In this document: positions 14,058-27,099 of the stretch, one piece after another
Layout of the letters: every line of letters begins with the position of its first letter
Position numbering within the stretch: the stretch's first letter is position 1
Assembly: GCF_963921235.1 (NCBI RefSeq)
Contig: NC_086097.1
Location: forward strand, 62,870,001 to 62,934,000
Source of the DNA: Mobula hypostoma
Lineage: Eukaryota
Length of the DNA stretch: 64,000 nucleotides
Direction: 5' to 3'
Made by a program: the position numbers and the translations under genes
Notes under the pieces: generated by a model
The model's database searches: none
What the model was told of the DNA's origin: nothing
What the model saw: the letters and a program-made list of their open reading frames with translations, nothing else

Positions 14058-14530
14058 TTCAAAGTTCAAAGTCCTTCAAAGTTCAAAGTTCAAAGTAAAA
14101 TTCATTGTCAGAGTACAGACACATCACCACATACAACCCTGACATTCTTTTTATGTGGGCTTACTGAGCAAATCTATAGAACAGTAACTGTAAACAGGAT
14201 CAATGGACAACAAACTGTGCAAAGCAGATATAAATGAACAGCAATAAATAATCGTCGTCGTGGCTATCCCTCAAGGTCGAGGATAATGATCTTCGTTCTG
14301 TTGATCTACTTATGGGTTCTCAAGTGGTTTATGAGTCCAAACTTGGCTTTGAAAGTTCTTAATAATAAGCATGATATAACAAGATAAAAGAGTCCTTAAA
14401 TGAGTGTAGTTATCGCCTTGTGTTAAAGAGCCTGATGGTTGAAGGTTAGTAATTGTTCTTGAACTTGGTGGTGCAAGTTCTGAGTCACTTGTACCTTCTA
14501 CTGACGACAGAAGTGAGAAAATAGCATGGC
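14058..14530 (-). mobile_element. Rex1/Babar-type 3' fragment carrying a nested RTE piece
   Basis: (ttcaaag)n tail and 3' UTR like the 7642-8310 copy. Confidence 0.75.
14253..14360 (-). mobile_element. 5'-truncated RTE LINE 3' end with 6-bp TSD
   Basis: The minus strand encodes RTFKAKFGLINHLRTHK*, the RTE C-terminal zinc-finger end, with a (GAC)n tail. Flanked by AATAAT at 14247-14252 and 14361-14366. Confidence 0.75.
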
Positions 14531-15790
14531 TTATTGCCGTTGGCCACAACTGTGGGCTCAATGAACTTCATGAAGACCCACATTCATTTTGCATCTTTAT
14601 TTCTTGCATTTCCTTTAATGCTACCTGGTAAATGATCTCGAGATGATCAAAGCTCCAGGAAATATTTCGATGATTTTAAGTTCCCTGGCCCCCACCGCTT
14701 TATTTTCCCCATGGATGTCCAGTCCCTATATACTTCCATCCCCAATCAGGAAGGTCTCAAAGCTCTCCACTTCTTTTTGGATTCCAGACCTAACCAGTTC
14801 CCCTCTACTACTACTCTGCTGCGTCTAGCGGAATTAGTCCTTACTCTTAATAATTTCTCCATTCGCTCCTCCCACTTCCTCCAAACTAAAGGTGTAGCCA
14901 TGGGCACCCGTATGAGTCCCAGCTATGCCTGCCTTTTAGTTGGCTTTGTGGAACAATCTGTCTTCCAAACTTATTCTGGTATCTGTCCCCCACTTTTCCT
15001 TCGCTACATCGATGACTGCATTGGCGCTGCTTCCTGCACGCATGCTGAGCTCATTGACTTCATTAACTTTGCCCCAACTTTCACCCTACCCTCAAGTTTA
15101 CCTGGTCCATTTCCGACACCTCCCTCCCCTTTCTGGATCTTTCTGACTCTGTCTCTGGAGACAGCTTATCTACTGATGTCTACTATAAGCCTACTGACTC
15201 TCACTGCTATCTGGACTATTCCTCTTCTCACCCTGTCTCTTGCAAAAATGCCATCCCCTTCTCGCAATTCCTCCATCACGGCCGCATCTGCTCTCAGGAT
15301 GCGGCTTTTCATTCCAGGACGAGGGAGATGTCCTCCTTTTTTAAAGAAAGGGGCTTTCCTTCCTCCACCATCAACTCTGCTCTCAAATGCATCTCTCCCA
15401 TTTCACGCACACCTGCTCTCACTCCATCCTCCTGCCACCCCACTAGGAATAGGGTTCCCCTTGTCCTCACCTACCACCCCACCGGCCTCTGGGTCCAACA
15501 TATAATTCTCTGTAACTTCCGCCACCTCCAACGGGATCCCACCACTAAGCACATCTTCCCCTCCCCCACCCTCTCTGCTTTCCGCAGGGATCGCTCCCTA
15601 TGCGACTCCCTTGTCCATTTGTTCCCCCCCCCCCATCCCTCCCCATCAATCTCCTTCCTGGCACTTATCCTAGTAAGCGGTACAGGTGCTACACATGTCC
15701 TTACACTTCCTCCCTCACTGCCATTCAGGGCCCCAGACAGTCCTTCCAGGTGAGGCGACACTTCACCTGTGAGTCGGCAGGGGTGATATA

Positions 15791-17079
15791 CAGGTATCCC
15801 CGCTTTTCGAACGTTCGCTCTACGAAACCTCACTGTTACGAAAGACCTACATTAGTACCCTGTTTTCGCTTTCAGAAGATGTTTTCACTGTTACGAAGAA
15901 AGGCAGCGTGCGATAAAAGGCAGCGCACGCCCTGTGCAGCCGCTCTGCCCCGGATTCGGAACGGCATTGCTTTAACACGTTGCATTGAGCAGCCGTTAGC
16001 AAGATGAGTTCTAAAGTATCGGAAAAGCCTGAAAGAGTAAGGGTGTTACACTTAGCGTAAAACTAGACATAATTAAGCATTTTGATCGTGGTGAACGAAG
16101 CAAGGACAAAGTGAGTTTGGCTTGTGGAAGTTGACGAAGATGATGTTGAAGAGGTTTTGGCATCCCATGACCAAGAACTGATAACTGATAGATGAAGAGC
16201 TGATGCAATTGGAAGAGGAAAGGATAACAATCGAAACCAAATGCAACTGAAGGCAGAAAGTGAAGCAACTGCGTGAGATTTTCGCTGCAATGATAAAGTA
16301 CGACTTTAATTTTGAAAAGGTACGTAGGTTTAGGGGATATTTGCAGGATGGTTTGCGTGCTTACAAAGAACTGTATGATAGAAAAATGCAATCAGCAATC
16401 GCCTCTGATCTGGGCCAACAATTACGTGTCCGGCAGCACCTAATTAATTAGCTTGTTTATTTTGGCTTTTTTCTTAACGATGTGCCGTGTGCCTCCCGGC
16501 TACCGCTGCGCTCTTCGCGGCAATGTACTGGGTCGGGTGCCCAGAGGGTGGGGGCCACTGCACCACACAGCCTGCGACAACTCAGTCTAACACACTATCA
16601 TCAGTGTGCTCAGCGCTGATTTCCCAATTCCGGTAAGTGATACTACACTGTACATACATTATTTCTACTTTATATTGGCTGTGTATTTTTATATGTTATT
16701 TGGCAGGTTGGTAGCTTCATAGTTCAAAGGTTACTGGAGAGCGTGTTTATGCCAACAGAGCTTGCATGAGATTTTCTGCCGAGAGCACTTGAGTGAGATT
16801 GTCGCTACCGGAGATCTGTGCAGGCAATCATTGTAGGGAAGTATTTCTACTTTATATAGGCTGTGTATTTATCATATCATTCCTGCTTTTACTATATGTT
16901 ACTGTTATTTTAGGTTTTATGTGTTATTTGGCATGATTTGGTAGGTTATTTTTGGGTCTGCGAATGCTCACAAAATTTTCCCATATAAATAAATGGTAAT
17001 TGCTTCTTCGCTTTACGACATTTCGGCTTACGAACTGTTTCATAGGAACACTCTACCTTCAGATGGCGGGGGAAACCTG
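15791..17079 (+). mobile_element. Internally deleted Tigger/pogo DNA transposon
   Basis: Imperfect TIRs CAGGTATCCCCGC / GCGGGGGAAACCTG and a TA TSD (15789-90, 17080-81). Transposase N-terminal remnant (VTLSVKLDIIKHFDRGERSKD) is joined to a C-terminal remnant (EVDEDDVEEVLASHDQEL). No DDE domain is visible. Confidence 0.9.
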
Positions 17080-17663
17080 TACTGCGTCCAGTGCTCCTGA
17101 TGTGGCCTTCTATATATTGGCGAGACCCAACGCAGACTGGGAGATCGTTTCGATGAACACCTACGCTCTGTCCGCCAGTGAAAGCAGGATCTTCCAGCGG
17201 CCACACATTTCAATTCCACGTCCCATTCCCATTCTGATATGTCTATCTACGGCTTCCTGTACTGTAAAGATGAAGCCACACTCAGGTTGGAGGAATAACA
17301 CCTCATATTCGTCTCGGTAGCTTCCAACCTGATGGCATGAACATTGACTTCTCAAACTTCCGCTAATGCCCCACCACCCCCTCGTACCCCATCCGTTATT
17401 TATTTATATGCACACATTCTTTTTCTCTCTCTCCTTTTTCTCCCTCTGTCCCCTTCACTATACCCCTTGCCCATCCTCTGGTTTCCCCCCCTCCCCCTTT
17501 TCTTACTCCCTAGTCCTCCTGTCCCATGATCCTCTCATATCCCTTTTGCCAATCACCTGTCCAGCTCTTGGCTCCATCCCTCCCCCTTCTGTCTTCTCCT
17601 ATCATTTCGGATCTCCCCCTCCCCCTCCCACTTTCAAATCTCTTACTAGCTCTTCTTTCAGTT

Positions 17664-17699
17664 AGTCCTGACGAAGGATCTCAGCCCGAAACGTCGACT
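17664..17699 (+). ncRNA. Minimal type I hammerhead ribozyme motif (stem II mismatch)
   Basis: AGTC-CTGACGA-A-GGAT-CTCA-GCCC-GAAA-C-GTC-GACT. Predicted cleavage after 17695. Confidence 0.75.
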
Positions 17700-17825
17700 G
17701 TACCTCTTCCTAGGGATGCTGCCTGGTCTGCTGCGTTCACCAGCAACTTTTATGTGTGTCGCTTGAAATTCCATCATCTGCAGTTTTCCTCGTGTTTGTG
17801 AATATATAATTAATTCTTTGTTCTA

Positions 17826-20800
17826 TTTCTCTTTCTTTCTTTCTTTTTCAATCTTTTTATTAATTTCAAAATATAGAAACAAAACATAGCAATAATACAA
17901 ATAGTAGATGTATTGTTACACTTAAAAAAATAGTTGCAAAAACAAATAGTGTAAATTAACAAAGCTCCCAATCATATAGAACCAACAACGGATAATACAA
18001 AGCAAAATAAACTAGGAAAAAAATCATGGAAAAGAAAAAAAAACAAAACAAAAAAAAGCAAACCCCATCCCCAAAGAAAAACAGAATTAATCAACTAAAC
18101 TAAAAGACTTGGGCAAAACTAACAACTTAAAAATGGAAAAGAAGAAAACCTTAGTGTCGACGACTCCATTCCCCTCCAACAACAGTACAGAGAGATAAAA
18201 CAAGTTTGGAAATGATCAAATTACATCAAATGAAAATGCTGAATGAATGGCCTCCAAGTTTTTTCAAACTTAATGGAAGGGTCATAAACTGCACTTCTAA
18301 TTTTCTCCAAATTCAAACACACCATAGTTTGTGAAAACCAATGAAATACATTAGGAGGGTTAATCTCTTTCCAATTCAACAAAATGGACCTTCTAGCCAT
18401 TAAAGTAAGAAATGCAATCATCCTTCGTGATGAAGAGGTTAAATTATTTAAGTCTATCATTGGTAGTCCAAAGATAGCAGTAATTGGATGAGGTTGTAAG
18501 TCTATATTTAGGACCGTTGAAATAATATCAAAAATATCTTTCCAATATTTCTCCAACAAGGGACGTGACCAAAACATATGGGTTAAAGAAGCTATCTCGA
18601 AATGACATCTGTCACATATTGGATTAATATAACATTAATAACGAGATAGTTTATCTTTGGACATATGAGGCCTGTGCACTACTTTAAACTGTATCAACCT
18701 TTGCTTAGCACATACGGAGGATGAATTCACCAACTGAAGAATTTTTTCCCATTTTTCAGCCGGTATATTAATCTCAAGTTCTCTTTCCCAGTCAGCTTTA
18801 ATTTTATTAGAAACATCAGGACATAAATTCATAATTATATTGTATATAATTGCAACTACACTTTTCTGAGAGAGATTTAAATCTAAGATTTTTTCCAAAG
18901 TGTCCATTGGATATGGGTGTGGAAAATTAGGGGAGACAGTAATTAAAAAGTTTCTAATCTGTAGATATCTAAAAAAGTGAGATCTGGGTAAATTATATTT
19001 ATTAGAGAGTTGATCAAAAGACATAAAGCAATTATCCAAAAATAAATCGCAAAAAGATATTATACCTTTGGTTTTCCAATCAAAGTAAGCTTGATCCATC
19101 GTGGAAGGTTGAAAAAGAAAATTTGATATAAAAACATAGAAACATAGAAAATAGGTGCAGGAGTAGGCCATTCGGCCCTTCGAGCCTGCACCGCCATTTA
19201 TTATGATCATGGCTGATCATCCAACTCAGAACCCCGCCCCAGCCTTCCCTCCATACCCCCTGACCCACGTAGCCACAAGGGCCATATCTAACTCCCTCTT
19301 AAATATAGCCAATGAACTGGCCTCAACTGTTTCCTGTGGCAGAGAATTCCACAGATTCACCACTCTCTGTGTGAAGAAGTTTTTCCTAATCTCGGTCCTA
19401 AAAGACTTCCTCTCTATCCTCAAACTGTGACCCCTCGTTCTGGACTTCCCCAACATCGGGAACAATCTTCCCGCATCTAGCCTGTCCAATCCCTTTAGGA
19501 TCTTATACGTTTCAATCAGATCCCCCCTCAATCTTCTAAATTCCAACGAGTACAAGCCCAGTTCATCCAGTCTTTCTTCATATGAAAGTCCTGCCATCCC
19601 AGGAATCAAACTGGTGAACCTTCTTTGTACTCCCTCAATGGCAAAGATGTCTTTCCTCAGATTAGGGGACCAAAACTGCACACAATACTCCAGGTGTGGT
19701 CTCACCAAGGCCTTGTACAACTGCAGTAGTACCTCCCTGCTCCTGTACTCGAATCCTCTCGCTATAAATGCCAGCATACCATTCACCTTTTTCACCGCCT
19801 GCTGTACCTGCATGCCCACTTTCAATGACTGGTGTATAATGACACCCAGGTCTCGTTGCACCTCCCCTTTTCCTAATCGGCCACCATTCAGATAATAATC
19901 TGTTTTCCTATTCTTGCCACCAAAGTGGATAACTTCACATTTATCCACATTAAATTGCATCTGCCATGAATTTGCCCACTCACCCAACCTATCCAAGTCA
20001 CCCTGCATCCTCTTAGCATCCTCCTCATTGCTAACACTGCCACCCAGCTTCGTGTCATCCGCAAACTTGGAGATGCTGCATTTAATTCCCTCATCCAAGT
20101 CATTAATATATATTGTAAACAACTGGGGTCCCAGCACTGAGCCTTGCGGTACCCCACTAGTCACCGCCTGCCATTCTGAAAAGGTCCCGTTTATTCCCAC
20201 TCTTTGCTTCCTGTCTGCTAACCAATTCTCCACCCACACCAATACCTTACCCTCAATACCGTGTGCTTTAAGTTTGCACACTAATCTCCTGTGTGGGACC
20301 TTGTCAAAAGCCTTTTGAAAATCCAAATATACCACATCCACTGGTTCTCCCTTATCCACTCTACTAGTTACATCCTCAAAAAATTCTATGAGGTTCGTCA
20401 GACATGATTTTCCTTTCACAAATCCATGCTGACTTTGTCAGATCATTTCACCGCTTTCCAAATGTGCTGTTATCACATCCTTGATAACTGACTCCAGCAG
20501 TTTCCCCACCACCGACGTTAGGCTAACTGGTCTATAATTCCCCGGTTTCTCTCTCCCTCCTTTTTTAAAAAGTGGGGTTGCATTAGCCACCCTCCAATCC
20601 TCAGGAACTAGTCCAGAATCTAACGAGTTTTGAAAAATTATCACTAATGCATCCACTATTTCTTGGGCTACTTCCTTAAGCACTCTAGGATGCAGACCAT
20701 CTGGCCCTGGGGATTTATCTGCCTTCAATCCCTTCAATTTACCTAACACCACTTCCCTACTAACTTGTATTTCGCTCAGTTCCTCCATCTCACTGGACCC

Positions 20801-23800
20801 TCTGTCCCTTACTATTTCTGGAAGATTATTTATGTCCTCCTTAGTGAATACAGAACCAAAGTAATTATTCAATTGGTCTGCCATGTCTTTGCTCCCCATA
20901 ATCAATTCACCTGTTTCTGTCTGCAGGGGACCTACATTTGTCTTTACCAGTCTTTTCCTTTTTACATATCTATAAAAGCTTTTACAGTCCGTTTTTATGT
21001 TCCCTGCCAGTTTTCGCTCATAATCTTTTTTCCCCTTCGTAATTAAGCCCTTTGTCCTCCTCTGCTGAACTCTGAATTTCTCCCAGTCCTCAGGTGAGCC
21101 ACTTTCTCTGGCTAATTTGTATGCTTCTTCTTTGGAATTGATACTATCCCTAATTTCTCTTGTCAGCCACGGGTGCACTACCTTCCTTGATTTATTCTTT
21201 TGCTAAACTGGGATGAGCAATTGTTGTAGTTCATCCATGCAACCTTTAAATGCTTGCCATTGCATATCCTCTGTCAATCCTTTAAGTGTCATTTGCCAGT
21301 CTATCTTAGCTAATTCACGTCTCATACCTTCAAAGTTACCCCTCTTTAAGTTCAGAACCTTTGTTTCTGAATTAACTGAATATAATGGGACTTGCTAGAA
21401 TAAATTGATTAAACCCAAAAAATCTTCGGAATTGAAACCATATACGTAAAGTATGCTTAACTATTGGGTTGTTTATTTGTTTATACGATTTAAAAGAAGT
21501 AAAAGGAAGTAAAGTTCCTAAAACCGAACCCAAGGAAAACCCTTGTAATGAATTAGATTCAAGATTTACCCAATGAGGGTTTAAAGATACGTCCAAATCT
21601 CGTAAGCAAAATTTTAAATATCGAATATTAATTGCCCAGTAATAGAAACTAAAATTCGGGAGGGCGAGCCCCCCCCTCCTTTTTACATTTCTGTAGATAC
21701 CTTTTACCTAACCTAGGATTTTTGTTCTGCCAAATATATGAGGAAATTTTTGAATCTATGTTATCAAAAAAAGATTTTGGGATAAAAATTGGAACCAATT
21801 GAAATATATACAAAAATTTAGGCAAAATGATCATCTTAATAGCATTAATCCGACCAATCAAAGACAAAGAGATTGGTAACCATTTGGTAAATAAAAGTTT
21901 AATCTGATCAATTAAAGGTAAAAAATTAGCTTTAAATAAATCTTTATATTTTTTCGTAATTGTTTTCCCTAAATATATAAATGAATCAGTAACCAATTTA
22001 AATGGTAAACGTCCATAAATAGGTACTTGCTTATTTAAAGGGAATAATTCACTCTTATTAAGATTCAATTTGTAACCAGAGAAGTTACTAAATTGAGCCA
22101 ACAGACCTAGGATAGCAGGAATTGACTTCTCCAGGTTAGAGATGTATAACAGCAAATCATCTGCATATAATGATAATTTATGTATTTCGTTTCCACGGGT
22201 AATACCAACAATATTTGGCGAGTCACGAATAGCAATTGCTAAAGGTTCAAGAGCAATATTGAATAGTAAAGGACTAAGAGGGCAACCTTGCCTAGTACCA
22301 CGAAAAGACGAAAAAAAGGAGATCTATAATTATTTGTACAAACCGAGGCTACCGGGGAGTAATATAACAATTTAATCCAAGATATAAATGTCAAATTAAG
22401 ATTAAATTTCTCAAGAACATTAAATAAATAAGGCCATTCAACTCTGTCAAAGGCTTTCTCAGCATCTAATGAGATAATACATTCCAGGGTAGTAAGTGAG
22501 GGGGTATAAACAATATTCATTAACCTCCTAATATTAAAGGATGAATAGCGATTTTTAATAAATCCGGTTTGATCTATGGAAATAATTTGAGGTAACACCT
22601 TCTCCAATCTAGTTGCTAGAATTTTTGAAAACTTTTAGAATCTACATTCAGAAGAGATATTGGTCTGTATGATGCACAATCAGTAGGATCTTTATTCTTT
22701 TTAAGAATTAAGGAAATAGAGGCTTCATAAAACGATTGTGGTAATTTACCTAAACTGATTGCTTCCTTGAATATTCTAGACAACTTAGAAGAAAGAGTGG
22801 AGGAAAAAAATTTAAATAATTCCACTGTAAACCCATCCGGACCGGATGCTTTACCGGAACTCAATGATGAGATTGTAGTTATTATTTCTTCCTCTGAAAT
22901 GGAAGTTTCTAATGATAAGCAATCTTCGGGTGATAGTTTCGGAAAACTCAATTTACTTAAAAAATCATGCATGAAATTAGAATCATGAGGAAAATCAGAG
23001 TGATATAGAGAGGTATAAAATTCTTGAAAAGTTTGATTTATCCCAACATGATCAACTGTGAAAGTATCATCCTGTTTGCGAATCTTAGTAATTTGACATT
23101 TAACCGAATCAAATTTCAATTGGTTAGCCAGTAATTTACCCGATTTATCGCTATGAATATAAAAATCACTTCTAGTTCTCATTAATTAATTTTTGATCGA
23201 GGATGTTAATAATAAGCTATGTTCCAATTGGAGTTCAACTCTGTGTTTGTACAGCTCCTTACCTGGAGAAATAGCATATTTTTTATCGACTTCTTTAATT
23301 TTATCAACCAACAGAAGTATTTCATTGTTAACACGTCTTTTCAAACCAGCCGAACAGGAAATAATCTGACCACGGATATAAGCTTTAAAGGCGTCCCAAA
23401 CAGTTCCATTGGAAACTTCTTCCGTAGTATTAGTTGAAAAGAAGAAATCGATCTGCTCCGTTATAAATTTGACAAAGTCCAGATCTTGAAGCAAAATAGG
23501 GTTAAATCGCCATTGTCTGCTAGTACAAGAGGTGTCCATTAACTTGATGGAAAGTTTCATTGGAGCATGATCTGAAATAGCAATAATGTCATAATTACAA
23601 TCAACTACATATGGAATCAAACGAGAGTCAATCAAGAAATAATTAATTCGGGAAAAAGAACGATAAACATGTGAAAAAAAGGAGAATTCCTTATCATTTG
23701 GATGTAGAAATCTCCAAATTTCTGAAATCCCAGAATCCAACATAAAACAGTTAATAATAGTAGCCGACTTATTCAGTAAAGTCGGACTACCTATGGATCT

Positions 23801-25672
23801 GTCCAACATGGGATTCAAACATAAATTAAAGTCACCGCCCATTATCAACATATACTCGTTTAAGTTAGGAAAGGAAGTGAATAAGTGTTTAAAAAATTCA
23901 GGATAATCAACATTCGGAGCGTAAACATTAACCATAGTGACCTTTTTATTAAAAAGTACCCCAGTAATTAACAGAAATCTGCCATTAGGATCTGAAATAA
24001 TGTCTTGATGAATAAATGTAATTGAGGGATCAATAAAAATTGAAATGCCTTTAATTTTGGCTTGAGCATTTGAATGGTATTGTATCCCTTCCAAAACTTA
24101 AAGAAGCGTTGATTGTCCTCTTTCCTTACATGAGTCTCTTGTGCAAAAATAATATGAGCATTCAGTCTTTGGAACACTTTGAAAATCTTTTTCCGTTTTA
24201 TTGGATGGTTTAAACCATTTATATTCCAAGAGACAAAATTAATAGTATGAGCCATAATTGAAAATTAACCCTTTGGTGAGTAAGGGGTTAACAATGTGAG
24301 TTCATGAAATCGGAAGAGGAATACATGATTAGAGAGGAACCGGAAATCTCGACACTGCGGACATCTTTGTAGTTCTGAATCAGCCCAATAGAAAAAATTA
24401 GAAAAGAAAAAGACTACCCCATCCCCCAACCCCAAGAACCCCGAACTAAGCCAAAGACGGCTGAAGAAAGCACTAACTAAAACTAATTCTAACCCCATTT
24501 CTGCAGGGGGCAACTCCAAAAATATATGTTAAATAGGTGACCTCCCGGAGACTAATATATGTAAAAAATAAACAGTACAGTAAATTAGTCTACATAGTAA
24601 AAATTACTAAAATATATGAAATAAAAAAAACAGTATCAATACGTATAATTAGTTAATTATAAACGAGTAAATAAAAAATCGCTTCCAAAAGAAGAAAAAA
24701 GGATTATGGGAAGAAGAAGCATAAGAGCATGGCGTCCCGAAAAAAGACAAAGGAGGTTATACAAAAAGAAAAACAATTTGCCATTTTAATTATGCGAAAA
24801 CCAAAAATAGGAAACATATAACTAAAAACGATCGTCGGATCAAATCATTAATAATAACCGAAAAGGAAAAGTTAAAACAAAAGGTTAACTAAAGGAAAAT
24901 GATGTTATTCACAAGAGATAAGTATTCTATGTAAGTTATAGAATAACAACTATAGTAATAAACAAAGAACAAAAATCTTGAACTTATAAAAAACCTTCAT
25001 CGCACGGTAGTAAAAGGTTTATTTTTAAAAGAACACCAGAGAGAAAAAAAAATTGGTGCTGGGAGCACCAGACACAAATTAAGAGAGAGTGTCTGTATCC
25101 GATGGGAAATTATCATCCAAAAAGCTTTGAGCGGCAGTTGTAGAATGGAAGACACGACAATTTCCATCGGGAAGAGAGATTCTGAGACGTGCAGGATACA
25201 ATAGTGCCGGTTTGAGATTTTTTTGATAGCATTCCGACATTAAAGGTTTAAAAGTCAGTCGCTCCTTCATCACTTCAGGGCTATAATCTTGAACTATCCT
25301 GAAGGAATGCTGGCAATACTTGATCATCCCTTGTCGACGAGCAGTCCGGAGAAGCTGTTCTTTAACATTGACATAATGGAAACGAAGAATAACTGGTCTG
25401 GGTTTGGAAACAGCCGCTGCCGACTTTATCCACGGTATATGATGGGCGCGGTCAAGTAATGGAGGATCGTTGGGAAAAACTGAACCGAACGAATCCTTTA
25501 AAAGTTGAGCAAAGAATATTGCAGGGTCTCCAACCTCAACATCCTCGGGTAAGCCAATTAAACGTAAGTTTTGTCTTCTCGATCGATTCTCAAGATCAAT
25601 AACTTTGGATTTAAGTTGTTGGAGTTGTTCTATTTCTCATTCAGCTTCAATCAATTTTTCCAGTGATCTTCG
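17826..25672 (-). mobile_element. L1/Tx1-type LINE, 5'-truncated within ORF1, decayed, with nested CR1
   Basis: ORF1 remnant DLENRSRRQNLRLIGLPE and PALLYPARLRI. ORF2 has SWNINGL, GGDFN, SDHAP, GPDG, SLDAEKAFDRVEW and YADD. (AAAG)n tail at ~17830-17850. Confidence 0.92.
19132..21379 (-). mobile_element. Young 5'-truncated CR1 LINE (RT domain nearly intact) with 6-bp TSD
   Basis: In-frame ORFs 20438-21178 and 19226-20419 ([28 protein letters not shown]), with isolated in-frame stops only. (TTTCTATG)n tail. ATATAA at 19126-19131 and 21380-21385. Confidence 0.95.
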
Positions 25673-25856
25673 AAGACCTGGAGAACAACTCGTACCATCG
25701 ATTACAACCTTAATACGTTATCCCTTTGGGAAGTGTAAACTCACTGTAGTTATAGATGCAAACATGAGGAAATCTGCAGATGTTGGAAATTCAAGCAACA
25801 CACACAAAATGGTGGTGGAATGCAGCAGGCCAGGCAGCATCTATAGGAAGAAGTAC

Positions 25857-25892
25857 AGTCGACGTTTCGGGCCGAGACCCTTCGTCAGGACT
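25857..25892 (-). ncRNA. Minimal type I hammerhead ribozyme, intact core
   Basis: Minus strand AGTC-CTGACGA-A-GGGT-CTCG-GCCC-GAAA-C-GTC-GACT. Stems I and II pair, and stem III is the palindromic ACGT. Confidence 0.85.
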
Positions 25893-26171
25893 AACTGAAA
25901 GAAAAGATAGTAAGAGATTTGAAAGTGGGAGAGGGAGGGGGAGATCCAAAATGATAGGAGAAGACAGGAGGGGAAGGGATGAAGCTAAGAGCTGGCAAGT
26001 TGATTGGCAAAAGGGATACAAGGCTGGAGAAGGGAGAGCATCATGGGACGAGAGGCCTAGGGAGAAAGAAAGTGGGAGGGGAGCACCAGAGGAAGATGGA
26101 GAGCAGGCAAGGAGTTATTGTGAGATTGTGAGTGGGACAGAGAGAGAAAAAAGAGAGAAAGAAAGGGAAAA

Positions 26172-26233
26172 ATAATAAATAAATAAATAAATAAATAAAT
26201 AGATAGATAGATAGATAGATAGATAAATAGATA
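26172..26233. repeat. Compound (TAAA)n(TAGA)n microsatellite within the Penelope 3' UTR
   Basis: Directly visible. A short ttatttatttat seed is present at the equivalent position (~17397) of the other copy. Confidence 0.9.
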
Positions 26234-26587
26234 AGGGATGGGGTAAGAAGGAGAGAAGGAGCATTAACAGAAGATAGAGAAGTTAATGTTCATGCCATCT
26301 GGTTGGAGGCTACCCAGACAGAATATAAGGTGTTGTTCCTCCAACCTGAATGTGGCTTCATCTTGACAGTAGAGGAGGCCATGGATAGACATATCAGAAT
26401 GGGACTGGGACACAGCTAATTTGGGTTGGTTCTAGCTACTCATGAAATGGACTCCTGTTAGTAATATCACCACTTGCTAGCACATCACCGGAATCATAAT
26501 ACTGAGATCCCAGGATGGATCCTCTTTATAATCTGTGTTAGGTCAAATGGGCTTGGGTTAATCAAACAACATTGCAAAGTTATTTTT

Positions 26588-26790
26588 TACTTAGAGATAC
26601 AGCATGGTTACAAAACGGCTCAAAAACGAGCCTGCAGTACCCAGTTAACTGACTATCCCATACATCTTTGGAATGTGGGAGGAAACCAGAGCACCTGTAG
26701 AAAGCCCATGCAGTCATGGGAGAACATACAAACTCCTTACAGACCACGACAGGTTTGAGTTTGGATCACTGGTACTCTAATAGTGTTTTA
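26588..26790 (-). mobile_element. V-SINE (HE1-like) tRNA-derived SINE
   Basis: The minus strand has the V-domain-like gtctgtaaggagtttgtatgttctcccatgactgcatggg...ggtttcctcccacattccaaag and a CR1-like tail. Confidence 0.75.
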
Positions 26791-27099
26791 TCGTGTCACC
26801 TTATCAATAAAATAAATATAATCACACGTCATTCTAGATCATTTTCCTACTGTTACCAAATTTTTAGCCTTAAAAATAAAACTCATTAATTTGCAAAGGT
26901 AACTTCTATTTTTTTTCTACCTGGCCTGTTTTCTCGTTTATTTCAGACTTCAAGCATTCACATGCCTCTTTCTCATACACCTTCTTCTGCTTATACCTCC
27001 TCCATCATCTCAGCTATGATTATTCTTTCTCAGACAGCGTTACTTCCACATATTGTTCATTCTCTTATGGCCACTGGCCAATTACAAAGAGTTACTTTC

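Larger units (their letters stand above)
14665..17780 (+). mobile_element. Penelope-like element (RT + GIY-YIG + 3' pLTR), 5'-truncated, frameshifted, split by a Tigger
   Basis: RT motifs DVQSLYTSIP, GVAMGT and RYIDD. GIY-YIG reads GVIY|CVQCS..LLYIGETQRRLGDRF. The 3' end carries a hammerhead core. Confidence 0.9.
25760..26413 (-). mobile_element. Penelope-like 3' end (GIY-YIG C-terminus + pLTR)
   Basis: The reverse complement is closely similar to 17220-17780. Confidence 0.9.

Noticed and set aside
19614..21398. Plus-strand ORFs such as MPPKWITSHLSTLNCICH
   Set aside because: These are antisense shadow frames of CR1 ORF2.
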